Assembly (NCBI GenBank): GCA_028716565.1
Contig: JAQUPL010000002.1
Span: 194,989-258,988 of the forward strand
Direction: 5' to 3'
From: Candidatus Omnitrophota bacterium
GTDB taxonomy: Bacteria > Omnitrophota > Gorgyraeia > Pluralincolimonadales > Pluralincolimonadaceae
Length of the DNA stretch: 64,000 nucleotides
This document shows positions 24,406 through 33,315 of the stretch, in pieces. A program made the position numbers and the translations under genes. The notes under the pieces are model-generated. The model searched no databases. It had not been told where the DNA came from and worked only from the letters and a program-made list of their open reading frames with translations. Each line of letters starts with the position of its first letter. Positions within the stretch are counted from its first letter, which is position 1.

Positions 24406-25035
24406 TTGTGTTATTATATACTTATGGACGAAGGGCCCAACGATACCCTAAAAGTTATCAATCGCCGGCACAGCGTCAGGCAATTCCTGGATAGGCCGGT
24501 CGACGATCCCCTTATCAAGGCGGTGCTCGACGCCGCGAATAAGGCGCCGTCGGCGCATAACCAGCAATCGTGGCGTTTCATCGTCGTGCGGGGCGAGAAG
24601 AAGCAGCAACTGGCCCAGCTCATTGTGGATAGGTCCCCGGGATTCCCTAAGCCGTCCTCTTCTATACTCCGCATGGCGGCGAGGAGCATAAGCAACGCTC
24701 CGGTCGTCATCGCTGTCATGAACACAGGCACGCTGATAAACCGCGGGACCGAACTGTTCAAGATAGAAAAAGACAAGGCGAAGGATTTTTTCCGGACAAT
24801 GGAGATACAGAGCTCTTCCGCGGCGGTCGAGAACCTGCTTATCGCCGCGACGTCCCTCGGCCTCGGCAGCGTATGGCTCGGGATATTGTTCTTGATAAAA
24901 GACGAGATCCTGTCGTTCTTCGGTGAAGCAAAAGGGGAATTTATGGCGGTCATCCCTGTCGGTTATCCGGCCAAAGAACAGGAAGGCCCCAAGAAAAAAT
25001 CGTTGGAATACGTCGTGAGGTATATTGAAAAATGA
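24406..25035 (+). CDS. Nitroreductase family protein
   Basis: RRHSVRQF, a QSWRFIVV-type motif and an FMN-binding fold pattern; about 200 aa. Confidence 0.7.
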   Translation: MCYYILMDEGPNDTLKVINRRHSVRQFLDRPVDDPLIKAVLDAANKAPSAHNQQSWRFIVVRGEKKQQLAQLIVDRSPGFPKPSSSILRMAARSISNAPVVIAVMNTGTLINRGTELFKIEKDKAKDFFRTMEIQSSSAAVENLLIAATSLGLGSVWLGILFLIKDEILSFFGEAKGEFMAVIPVGYPAKEQEGPKKKSLEYVVRYIEK

Positions 25036-25454
25036 CAAAAGAAGATATCATTAAGTTCATCAACGCGAATCTCGTCTGCCACCTGGCTACCTGCGAGAAT
25101 CACCAGCCCCACGTCAGGGGCATGATGGCGTACCGGGCGGACGAGAAAGGGATAATATTCCACACCGGTAATTTGAAAGACCTGTTCAAGCAGGTCTGCG
25201 ACAACCCCCTGGTCGAGGCCTGTTTCTTTGATCCCAATACCAACACGCAGGTCAGGGTGAAGGGCAAGGCCGTCATAATATACGACGATAACCTTAAGAG
25301 GGAGATCGTCGCGGCAAGGCCGTTTTTGAAACCCTGGGTCGAGGAGCTCGGCCTCGATCTGATAGTGACTTTCAGGATAACGGATTGTCGCGCCTGCGTC
25401 TGGACGTTCGGGACGAATTTTGCGCCCAAGGAATACGTCAAGATCTCCGACTGA
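25032..25454 (+). CDS. Pyridoxamine 5-prime-phosphate oxidase-like FMN-binding protein (general stress protein 26 family)
   Basis: 140 aa; split-barrel PNPOx-like pattern (LVCHLATCENHQPHVRGMM, VRVKGKAVII). Confidence 0.55.
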   Translation: MTKEDIIKFINANLVCHLATCENHQPHVRGMMAYRADEKGIIFHTGNLKDLFKQVCDNPLVEACFFDPNTNTQVRVKGKAVIIYDDNLKREIVAARPFLKPWVEELGLDLIVTFRITDCRACVWTFGTNFAPKEYVKISD

Positions 25455-25459
25455 TATTT

Positions 25460-26419
25460 ATGCTGACGATCGGAAAGCTCAACCTGAAGTCCAGCCTCAT
25501 TCTCGCCCCGATGGCGGGCATAACCGACCTGCCGTACCGCATGCTCAACCGCAAGTTCGGCGCCGAACTCGCCTTTACCGAGATGGTCAACGCGCGCTCG
25601 TTAAGCTACAGCAATGTCAAGGCGCTCGAGATGCTCGGATCGGCGAAAGGCGACAGGCCGCTCGGCATCCAGCTCGTCGGGAACGAACCCGAGTATCTTA
25701 ACCGCGCGATAGAAAAACTCCATAAATACAGGTTTGATATCCTCGATTTCAACGCAGCCTGCCCGGAGAGAAAGGTCACCGCAAAGGGGGAGGGCGCCGC
25801 CCTTCTTAAAGACCTGAAAAAATTAAAACGCCTCCTTAAGATACTCGTCAGGGAATCGAAATGGCCGGTCACGGTCAAAATACGCTCCGGTTGGGACAAG
25901 AATAGCGTAAACGCCGAGGATGCGGCTTTGCATGCCGAGGACGCGGGCGTTTCCGCGATATTCATCCACGGCAGGACGCGCAACCAGCTCTACGGCGGCC
26001 AGGCCGATTACGGCATAATAAAGAAGGTAAAAGGCGCCGTCAAGGTCCCGGTCATCGGAAGCGGCGACGTCTTGTCAGGGCCGCTCGCGAAGAAGATGTT
26101 CGATGAGACCGGCTGTGACGGGATATTGATAGCCCGCGGCGGCCTCGGCAACCCGTGGATATTCAAGGAGATCCGCGCATACCTGGAAGGCGGCGCCGTC
26201 CCGGAAAGGCCGTCCAAAGATGTCATAATAAAGACGATGATATGCCATCTCAATTCCTCGGTAAAATGCTTCGGCGCGAAGAGGAGCATCCCCTTCTTCC
26301 GGAAATTCTTCTGCTGGTATACCAAGGGGCTGGATAATGTTCGTCCATTACGTGTTGCGGCCTGCGCCGCCTCCACGAAGAAAGAAATGCTTGATATAAT
26401 AAACGAAATTAACATATAA
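25460..26419 (+). CDS. dus: tRNA-dihydrouridine synthase
   Basis: LAPMAGITDLPYR and FTEMV motifs and a TIM-barrel flavoprotein. I chose the ATG at 25460, immediately after the upstream stop; the track ORF starts at 25385. Confidence 0.8.
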   Translation: MLTIGKLNLKSSLILAPMAGITDLPYRMLNRKFGAELAFTEMVNARSLSYSNVKALEMLGSAKGDRPLGIQLVGNEPEYLNRAIEKLHKYRFDILDFNAACPERKVTAKGEGAALLKDLKKLKRLLKILVRESKWPVTVKIRSGWDKNSVNAEDAALHAEDAGVSAIFIHGRTRNQLYGGQADYGIIKKVKGAVKVPVIGSGDVLSGPLAKKMFDETGCDGILIARGGLGNPWIFKEIRAYLEGGAVPERPSKDVIIKTMICHLNSSVKCFGAKRSIPFFRKFFCWYTKGLDNVRPLRVAACAASTKKEMLDIINEINI

Positions 26420-26438
26420 TCTAACAAAGGAAACTAAT

Positions 26439-27530
26439 ATGAGACCAAAAAGGATAGCGATACTTACCGGCGGCGGGGACTGTCCGGGCCTGAACGCGGT
26501 CATACGCGCCGTGGCTAAAAAAGCCATGGGCGAAGGATGCGAGGTAGCGGGGTTTGAGGACGGATACGAAGGCCTCGTAAGGAATAAGGCCAAGAAACTC
26601 GAGAATCACGATGTCTCGGGTATCCTCACCCTGGGCGGCACGATACTCGGCACATCCAACGTCGCAAACCCCTATCATTACGCCATAGAAAGCAAGGACT
26701 GCAAGGTCACCTTCAAGGATTACCACAAGAGGGCCATAAATAATTTTAAGAAATTGAAAGCCGACGCGCTGGTCGCTATAGGCGGCGACGGGACGCTTAG
26801 CATAGCTCACAGGCTTTATGAGGACGGCGTCCCGGTCATCGGCGTCCCCAAGACGATAGATAACGACATCCTCGGCACGGACATTACGTTCGGTTTCGAC
26901 ACGGCCGTATGGGTGGCGACCGAGGGTATCGACAGGATACATACGACCGCGCAATCGCACCACCGCGCGATGATAATAGAGGTCATGGGGCGGACCGCGG
27001 GCTGGATAGCGCTCCACGCCGGGGTCGCCGGCGGCGGAGATATCATACTTATCCCCGAGATCCCTTACGATATCAACGTAGTTGTCAAAAAGATAAAAGA
27101 GAGGCACGGCAAGGGCAAGAGGTTCAGCATAATAGTGATATCCGAAGGCGCGAAGCCGAAGGGCGGGGATGTCGTAATAAAGAGGGTGGTAAAAGAGAGC
27201 TTTGAGTCTGCCAGGTTCGGCGGCATAAGCTTTGTCCTCGGCACCCAGATCGAGAAATTAGCGTGCGGCATCGAGACGCGCGCCGTAATAATGGGCCATC
27301 TACAGAGGGGCGGCTCGCCCACGCCTTTCGACCGGGTCCTCGCCACACAGCTCGGGACAGGGGCGGTGGATCTTATAAACGAGGGTGCGTTCGGCCATAT
27401 GGTCGCGGTCAGGAACAATGAGTTCGTGAAAGTCTCGCTCAGGGAAGTAGCCAGGGGCAAAAGGCTTGTCCCGAGGAACCATCCGCTCGTCGCGTCAGCG
27501 CGCGCGGTCGGGACCTGTTTTGGGGATTAA
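26439..27530 (+). CDS. pfkA: 6-phosphofructokinase (GGDG motif suggests ATP-dependent type)
   Basis: IAILTGGGDCPGLNAVIR, IGGDGTL and PKTIDNDI motifs. Confidence 0.85.
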   Translation: MRPKRIAILTGGGDCPGLNAVIRAVAKKAMGEGCEVAGFEDGYEGLVRNKAKKLENHDVSGILTLGGTILGTSNVANPYHYAIESKDCKVTFKDYHKRAINNFKKLKADALVAIGGDGTLSIAHRLYEDGVPVIGVPKTIDNDILGTDITFGFDTAVWVATEGIDRIHTTAQSHHRAMIIEVMGRTAGWIALHAGVAGGGDIILIPEIPYDINVVVKKIKERHGKGKRFSIIVISEGAKPKGGDVVIKRVVKESFESARFGGISFVLGTQIEKLACGIETRAVIMGHLQRGGSPTPFDRVLATQLGTGAVDLINEGAFGHMVAVRNNEFVKVSLREVARGKRLVPRNHPLVASARAVGTCFGD

Positions 27531-27547
27531 GGATTAAAGGAGGGAAG

Positions 27548-27805
27548 ATGAAGAGCATACTGATAGCGCTTTTGCGCACCCGCAGTAGATCGGCGGTAAA
27601 TTTCCAGAAGGTCCTCACCAAATACGGCTGCTTCGTCAAGACGCGCCTCGGTATCCACGACGGCGTCCTCAACCAGTGTTCGGACGTCGGCCTGATAATC
27701 CTCGAGCTCGTCGGCGATAGCAGGAAAAATAAGGAACTCGCCAAAAGGCTTAATGCCATTCCGGGCGTCACCGCGAAACTCGTCGAGATCACGCTTAAGA
27801 AATAA
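27548..27805 (+). CDS. Small (85 aa) ACT/NikR-C-like protein resembling the TM1266-type putative iron-only hydrogenase system regulator family
   Basis: RBS GGAGGG upstream. The beta-alpha-beta-beta-alpha-beta pattern ILIALLRTR...GLIILELVGD...IPGVTAKLVEI aligns in architecture with TM1266-like proteins. The family call is from memory. Confidence 0.35.
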   Translation: MKSILIALLRTRSRSAVNFQKVLTKYGCFVKTRLGIHDGVLNQCSDVGLIILELVGDSRKNKELAKRLNAIPGVTAKLVEITLKK

Positions 27806-27808
27806 TCC

Positions 27809-28471
27809 ATGTCGCGTTACACTGCCGAAGAGATATTAAAAAAGCTCAGATCCCTTTCGAATCCCAAAAATATCGCGGGGATGGCCCGCTTCGGCATCAA
27901 TTCCCGTAATACCCTCGGCGTGCCCATCCCCGCGCTAAGGAAGATAGCGAGGCAAGCAGGCAAAGACCATGCCCTCGCCCAAAAACTGTGGGCGGCAGGC
28001 ATCCACGAAGCGCGCATCCTCGCCGGTATGGTAGCCGATCCAGATAGAATCACTCCCGAAGAGATGGATAAGTGGGCCAGGGATTTTGATTCGTGGGACG
28101 TTTGCGACCAGGTATGTTCGAACCTTTTTTCTTATACGCCGGTCGCCCACAAGAAGACCCTCGAATGGAGCGGGAAGAAAGAAGAATATTATAAGCGGTC
28201 GGGTTTCGCTCTGATGGCTTGCCTTGCGGTCCATGACAAGAAGGCGAAAGACGCGGCATTCATGGTTTATTTCCCCGTGATAAAGAGGGAATCTACAGAC
28301 GAGCGCAATTACGTAAGGAAGGCCGTCAACTGGGCCCTGCGCCAGATCGGCAAGCGCAACCCGAAGCTCAGGAAAGCCGCGTTAAAAGCCGCAAAAGAAA
28401 TATATAATATAGACTCAAAGGCCGCCCGATGGATCGCCACGGACGCAATAAGGGAGTTAAAGGATAAGTGA
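27809..28471 (+). CDS. DNA alkylation repair enzyme (AlkD-like HEAT-repeat family)
   Basis: YTAEEILKKLRSLSNPKNIAGMARFGIN...LGVPIPALRKIARQAGKDHALAQKLWAAGIHEARILAGMVAD is characteristic of the pfam DNA_alkylation family. Confidence 0.7.
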   Translation: MSRYTAEEILKKLRSLSNPKNIAGMARFGINSRNTLGVPIPALRKIARQAGKDHALAQKLWAAGIHEARILAGMVADPDRITPEEMDKWARDFDSWDVCDQVCSNLFSYTPVAHKKTLEWSGKKEEYYKRSGFALMACLAVHDKKAKDAAFMVYFPVIKRESTDERNYVRKAVNWALRQIGKRNPKLRKAALKAAKEIYNIDSKAARWIATDAIRELKDK

Positions 28472-28935
28472 AAAAGAAATTCATGCTCCTGGCCATAAAA
28501 GAGGCCGAAAAGAACCTCAAGAGGATGGACGGCGGGCCGTTCGGCGCATGTATCGTAAAAGGCGACAGGGTGATCGCTGTAGCGAGAAACACTGTCCTGA
28601 AAAATGACGCGACATGCCACGCTGAGATTAACGCCATCCGCCTCGCCTCGCGCAAATTAAGGACTTTCGATCTTTCGGGATGCGTTATCTATTCGACGAC
28701 AGAACCGTGCCCGATGTGTTTTTCCGCGATACACTGGGCCCGCATAGATAAGATAATCTACGGCACGTCAACAAAAGACGCCAAGAAGATCGGCTTCAAC
28801 GAGCTCGAAATAACAGACAGCCGCCTCAGATCCCTCGGCAAAAGTAAAGTAAAGCTCGTCCCGGGCTTTATGAGAAAAGAATGCCTCGAACTCTTCAATA
28901 AATTCAATGGACTTCCAAATAAGAAATTATATTAA
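28468..28935 (+). CDS. Zinc-dependent nucleoside deaminase of the CDA fold (TadA/GuaD-like)
   Basis: GPFGACIV, CHAEINAI and TEPCPMC zinc-binding motifs; 155 aa. Confidence 0.75.
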   Translation: MKKKFMLLAIKEAEKNLKRMDGGPFGACIVKGDRVIAVARNTVLKNDATCHAEINAIRLASRKLRTFDLSGCVIYSTTEPCPMCFSAIHWARIDKIIYGTSTKDAKKIGFNELEITDSRLRSLGKSKVKLVPGFMRKECLELFNKFNGLPNKKLY

Positions 28936-29470
28936 GATCTACCTCTGGGCAGTCGCGATATCCCTGGTAGCCTTCTTCGCCTATAACATCATCCAGGGCG
29001 TCTTCGGCGGCGAGCAGGCCCGGATAAAAAAATTCATAATGACAGGGAAATCCCGTATCGAGAAGAAGAACATCCTCGGCATCTCGGATATGGTCTCTTT
29101 CAACTACAAGGACAAATACGGCAATGACCGCCCGGCCATTGTCTACGGCGCGAAGAGTTTCGTCTCGTATTATAAGGATGTCTTCATAAATATTGAGAGT
29201 GTGGATATAAAACTGAACGCGGCGAAGACAGAGGCGGACGTGGAAGTGGTCGCCCTTATAATAGGTCGCACCGGCGGGGGGGCATCGGAAACGATAATGC
29301 AGGGGCTGGAAGGGGAGAAGGATAAGTTCAGGCTGAAGCTCATCAAAGAAGAAGACGGCTGGAAGCTCCTTGAATTGGAATTCCTCCAGCCGGTAAGCGT
29401 GATGGGCGAGACTATCGGCTGCGTCCCAGCGCCTTGTCGAGATTATCCTGGAGATCCGCTTTCTTCCTAA
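28907..29470 (+). CDS. Hypothetical membrane-anchored protein (N-terminal TM helix plus a possible NTF2-like soluble domain)
   Basis: TM helix IYLWAVAISLVAFFAYNII. The 3-prime end overlaps the convergent PpiD-like gene by 58 nt. No confident homology. Confidence 0.35.
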   Translation: MDFQIRNYIKIYLWAVAISLVAFFAYNIIQGVFGGEQARIKKFIMTGKSRIEKKNILGISDMVSFNYKDKYGNDRPAIVYGAKSFVSYYKDVFINIESVDIKLNAAKTEADVEVVALIIGRTGGGASETIMQGLEGEKDKFRLKLIKEEDGWKLLELEFLQPVSVMGETIGCVPAPCRDYPGDPLSS

Positions 29471-30860
29471 GCTCGCTGAACCAGGTTATCGAGGCGAAAT
29501 ATCTCTTCTGCTCCGCCATCATCTTCTTTAATTTATCTTTTTCTTCCTCGTATTTCTTCTCGTCTATAGGGACTATGGAATCCTGTTTCACGATCGCATA
29601 TCCGTCATGGACCCTGACCGCGTCGCCGAATACCTCGCCCTGTTTTAAGGAGAACGCGGCTTCCGCGAACTCAGGCGCCACACCGAGCCCTTCTATATAT
29701 TGTCCGCGCGCGAACGCGTCGGTTTTTTTGACGGATAACGACAGCCCTTTCGCGGCCGACTCGAACGACTCTTTCTTTTCGATGGAGGCCTTTATTGCCT
29801 TCAGTGCTTCCTGCGCCTTGGTTTTTGCCGTCGCATCAGCTTTTTCCGCCTTTAAGCTTTTTTCGACGGCGTCTTTTACCTCGGCGAGGGCGGCCTGGCG
29901 CTCCGGATTCTTTTCCTTTATCTTTATTATGTATACGCCGGTCTTTGTTTCGATGGGGCTGCTGACCTGGCCCGCGGCAAGAGAAAGCGCGGCGTCCGCG
30001 AATTTGAGGTCGTATCCTATAGCCGGGATATTAGTCTCCCTGTTAAAAAGGCCCGTCTCTTTTACCGCGAGCGAGAACTTCTTTGCGGCCGCCGCGAGGT
30101 CCGTGTTCGCGGCTAATTCGTAGGAGACATCCTTCATCTCTTTCCTGATCTTTTGTTTAGTCTCTTCCTTGTCGTCCGGGAACGGCTTGGCGATGTATTC
30201 CGCGTTCACCTGCGCGGGTATCTTAAAGGCCTCTTTGTTCTTTTCGAAATAGGCCTTTATCTCGCCTTCGGTCGCCGCGGCCTTCGGAAGGTTATCGGCG
30301 GTCTTGAACAACGCGTAATCGGCTTTCGCCTTTTCGTTCAGGAATTTATATTCCTTGAGGACTTCGTCGTCGGTGATCTTCGCGTCGCCGCTGTGTTTTT
30401 CGATCAACTTGTCTATCGTCAGGTTCTCTTTGACCTGTCCCTCGAACTCGGCAGGGGTGAGGCCGAGGCTGTATTTCAGTATCTCCTCGTATTGCCTCTT
30501 GCTGAACCTGCCGCTCTTGTCGTTGAAGGCGGTTACCCCCTTGACGGAATCGACGATCTCCTTATCGCTGACTTTTATACGCTCTTTTTTTGCCTCGTAG
30601 AGCATTATGAGCCTGTTCCATGCCTCGTCCTCGACCACCTTTTGTACTTTCGAATCGTCGGGCAGGTTGCCGTACCTCATTTTCAACTGGGTCGCCGCGG
30701 CGTTATAGGCCTTCCGGAAATCGCTTATGGGGACCTTCCTGCCGAATATCTTTCCGGCCGGCGGGTTGGTCTCATGGCTGCTAATCGCGTACATCCCGAT
30801 GAAGGCGACTATTAAAAGATAAAGCGGTATTCTTGCGTTTTCCCTGATCTGTTTGAGCAT
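29412..30860 (-). CDS. PpiD-like periplasmic chaperone / peptidyl-prolyl isomerase (SurA-N plus PPIC-type domain)
   Basis: Start set at MLKQIRENARIPLYLLIVAFIG, with an AAGGAG RBS just upstream; the track ORF extends to 31058. N-terminal membrane anchor, a SurA-N-like chaperone region and a parvulin-like segment (GLFNRETNIPAIGYD...GQVSSPIETKTGVYIIK). Confidence 0.7.
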   Translation of the reverse strand: MLKQIRENARIPLYLLIVAFIGMYAISSHETNPPAGKIFGRKVPISDFRKAYNAAATQLKMRYGNLPDDSKVQKVVEDEAWNRLIMLYEAKKERIKVSDKEIVDSVKGVTAFNDKSGRFSKRQYEEILKYSLGLTPAEFEGQVKENLTIDKLIEKHSGDAKITDDEVLKEYKFLNEKAKADYALFKTADNLPKAAATEGEIKAYFEKNKEAFKIPAQVNAEYIAKPFPDDKEETKQKIRKEMKDVSYELAANTDLAAAAKKFSLAVKETGLFNRETNIPAIGYDLKFADAALSLAAGQVSSPIETKTGVYIIKIKEKNPERQAALAEVKDAVEKSLKAEKADATAKTKAQEALKAIKASIEKKESFESAAKGLSLSVKKTDAFARGQYIEGLGVAPEFAEAAFSLKQGEVFGDAVRVHDGYAIVKQDSIVPIDEKKYEEEKDKLKKMMAEQKRYFASITWFSELRKKADLQDNLDKALGRSR

Positions 30861-30961
30861 TTTAGGTTCTCCTTGGAACCCCCATCGCGAGGGGGTATAT
30901 AAAGTCAAAACATTATAACAGGAAAACCGGGGACAGGCAACCCCATTTATGGTAAAATAAA

Positions 30962-30991
30962 GTAAACTTTTTACGCTCATTATACGTCTAA
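30962..30991 (+). promoter_or_regulatory. Candidate ECF-sigma-type promoter (GTAAACTT-N16-CGTCTAA) upstream of the small-protein/ECF sigma/anti-sigma operon
   Basis: The AAC-N16-CGTCT architecture resembles autoregulated ECF promoters. It lies 20 nt upstream of the RBS of ORF 31012. Confidence 0.3.
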
Positions 30992-31011
30992 TAAAGTAAA
31001 AGGAGGATAAG

Positions 31012-31335
31012 ATGAAGGTATCCCAGACAATTTTGGCGGCAGCGCTTGTCCTGATCATCGCGTCAAGCTCGGCCTTTACCGGTTATTATATCGGCAAGGG
31101 CCAAGCGAGAGAGCGGGGCTTCGAGAGGTTCCATAAGCTGAGGGAATACGGGGAAAGGCATCCCGAGCAGTTCAAAAAGATGTTGGACCATAGGCGCGGG
31201 CAGATACGCGAGAGGCTGGCGGAGCTGAAGAAGAAGGACCCGGAGAAGTACAAGGCGATGGTCCAGGGCCAGATAGAGAGGATGGAGTCTACCATCTCAG
31301 AGCTTAAGAAGGACCTGGCGGATACGGGCAAGTAG
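31012..31335 (+). CDS. Small secreted coiled-coil protein, first gene of the ECF sigma operon
   Basis: Strong RBS AAAGGAGG; signal peptide followed by a charged helical region. Confidence 0.5.
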   Translation: MKVSQTILAAALVLIIASSSAFTGYYIGKGQARERGFERFHKLREYGERHPEQFKKMLDHRRGQIRERLAELKKKDPEKYKAMVQGQIERMESTISELKKDLADTGK

Positions 31336-31350
31336 GGGTCGAACCGATAA

Positions 31351-31953
31351 TTGGATCCTGAACTTCTGCTTATTGAACGGGCAAGAAATGGCGAGCGGGC
31401 TGCGTTCGACTCACTTGTAAATATCTACAAGGGGAAGGCGTTCGCCCTCGCTTACAATTTTACCGGGAACGCCGAGGATGCCAAGGACGTGCTGCAGGAG
31501 GCGTTCGTAAAGGCGTATTTGAATATCAGGAGATTCCGCGGCGGCTCGGCTTTCTATACCTGGTTTTACAGGATACTGGTGAACCAGTGCAGGGACGTCT
31601 TAAGGAAGAAGCAGTCTAGGATGAAGGTGCTTGTCGACATGCCTGAGCCTGCGGATGAGGACGATGCGGCGCCGGTAGAGGCGATCGAGGGCGGTCCGGA
31701 CCCGGGAAAGGCGCTCCTCAACAAGGAGATACGGGAAAAAGTCGACGAGGCGATAAATAGGCTGCCGGAGAAGCAGAAGATAACATTTATATTAAGACAT
31801 GTACACGGGATGAAATTGGGCGAGATCGCCGGCGTGATAAAATGCAGCGAGTCGACCGCGAAGGTCCATCTTTTTCGCGCGACAAAGAACCTGCAAAAGG
31901 CGTTATCGCCGTACATAAATACGGATGGGGGTGGCCAATATGGCGTCGTTTAA
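31351..31953 (+). CDS. RNA polymerase sigma-70 factor, ECF subfamily
   Basis: Region 2 (AFALAYNFTGNAEDAKDVLQEAFVKAY, YTWFYRILVNQCRD) and region 4 HTH (GMKLGEIAGVIKCSESTAKVHLFRA). Confidence 0.85.
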   Translation: MDPELLLIERARNGERAAFDSLVNIYKGKAFALAYNFTGNAEDAKDVLQEAFVKAYLNIRRFRGGSAFYTWFYRILVNQCRDVLRKKQSRMKVLVDMPEPADEDDAAPVEAIEGGPDPGKALLNKEIREKVDEAINRLPEKQKITFILRHVHGMKLGEIAGVIKCSESTAKVHLFRATKNLQKALSPYINTDGGGQYGVV

Positions 31954-32302
31954 GGATATTATGGAGACGATGGCGAAGAAGAAAGTTCCCGAGCCTCAAA
32001 AAGAGTTTTGGCTGAAGTTCGACAGGGAATTGCGGGAAAGGCTGGATGCCATAGACAGCCGTAACTCCAGCCGCGGCTATGGGTTCGCCGAAAACCTGGG
32101 CGGGGCCTTCTCCGCGATATTCCAGCCCAAGCCGGTCCTTGTCGCGGCGACATTAGTCGTTGCGATCAACCTGATGGTCTTTTCCCTGTCATCCGGCGGA
32201 TCGGGCCTTGTCTCGGTCGCGCTCCTCTCAAAGGATGACCTCGCCGGAGAGTTCGTGCTGACGGAAGAACTGGCTTCCGGCGAAAATATCGTTGACTTTT
32301 AG
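31925..32302 (+). CDS. Putative membrane-spanning anti-sigma factor
   Basis: Overlaps the sigma gene end; the ATG at 31940 is an alternative start. It has a short cytoplasmic N-terminus, one TM helix (PVLVAATLVVAINLMVFSL) and a C-terminal extracytoplasmic tail. Confidence 0.5.
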   Translation: MGVANMASFKDIMETMAKKKVPEPQKEFWLKFDRELRERLDAIDSRNSSRGYGFAENLGGAFSAIFQPKPVLVAATLVVAINLMVFSLSSGGSGLVSVALLSKDDLAGEFVLTEELASGENIVDF

Positions 32303-32327
32303 GCCCGTTAAATATAGAATATGAGGC

Positions 32328-33203
32328 ATGTCAAAGCTAAAAATAGGTTTGCCTAAAGGTAGCCTGCAAGAGGCTACCTTTAAACTGTTTAAGAAGGCCG
32401 GGTTTTCCGTATCCGCCTCGGATAGATCGTATTTTCCTTCGACCGACGACCCGGAGCTTGCCCCTGTCCTGTTGAGGGCGCAGGAGATGTCGCGGTATGT
32501 CGAAGGGGGCATCCTCGATTGCGGCATTACCGGCAACGACTGGATACTCGAGAACAAGTCCGACGTCATCCGCGTCGAAGAGCTTACCTACGCCAAACAG
32601 AGCCTCAATCCCGTAAGGTGGGTCCTGGCCGTCCCGGAGAATTCCAATATACGCGGCGTAAAGGACCTCAGCGGCAAAAGGATAGCCACCGAACTCGTAA
32701 ATTTCACAAAAGAATATCTTAAGAAGAAGAAAGTCGCCGCCGACGTCGAATTCTCCTGGGGCGCGACAGAGGCCAAGGTATATTCCGGCCTTGTCGACGC
32801 CATCGTCGAGCTTACCGAAACCGGCTCGTCGCTGCGCGCGCACAACCTCAAGATCGTCGAGACGCTATGCACATCGACGACCCAATTAATAGCGAACAAA
32901 AAATCCTGGAAGGACCCCTGGAAGAGGGCGAAAATAGAGAAGATCGCCATACTCCTCAAGGGCGCCATAGCCGCCGAGGAGAAGGTCGGTCTGAAGATGA
33001 ACATCGCGAACAAGAACCTGAAGAAGATCCTCGGCATACTTCCGGCCATGCGCAGGCCCACGATCTCCCAACTGAGCGTTCCCGGATGGTGCGCAATCGA
33101 GACGATCATAGACGAGAAACAGGTGCGCGAGCTCATACCCAAATTGAAACAGGCCGGGGCGGAAGGCATAATCGAATACCCGCTCAATAAAGTCATATAT
33201 TAA
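32328..33203 (+). CDS. hisG: ATP phosphoribosyltransferase, long form with C-terminal regulatory domain
   Basis: [10 protein letters not shown] and CGITGNDW motifs; 291 aa. Confidence 0.9.
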   Translation: MSKLKIGLPKGSLQEATFKLFKKAGFSVSASDRSYFPSTDDPELAPVLLRAQEMSRYVEGGILDCGITGNDWILENKSDVIRVEELTYAKQSLNPVRWVLAVPENSNIRGVKDLSGKRIATELVNFTKEYLKKKKVAADVEFSWGATEAKVYSGLVDAIVELTETGSSLRAHNLKIVETLCTSTTQLIANKKSWKDPWKRAKIEKIAILLKGAIAAEEKVGLKMNIANKNLKKILGILPAMRRPTISQLSVPGWCAIETIIDEKQVRELIPKLKQAGAEGIIEYPLNKVIY

Positions 33204-33219
33204 AAGGAGGCAGCACAAG

Positions 33220-33309
33220 ATGCCGTGCGGTAAAAAGCGCAAAAGAAGGAAGATCAGGACGCACAAGAGGAAAAAGAGGCTCCGCAGGGACAGGCACAAG
33301 AAGAAGTAG
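33220..33309 (+). CDS. 29-aa hyper-basic micro-ORF (MPCGKKRKRRKIRTHKRKKRLRRDRHKKK), possible bS22-like ribosomal protein
   Basis: Perfect RBS AAAGGAGG at 33203..33210, 9 nt before the ATG. 21 of 29 residues are Lys/Arg/His. The composition and length resemble mycobacterial bS22 ([33 protein letters not shown]). It is absent from the ORF track only because it is shorter than 60 aa. Confidence 0.4.
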   Translation: MPCGKKRKRRKIRTHKRKKRLRRDRHKKK

Positions 33310-33315
33310 TCTTTC

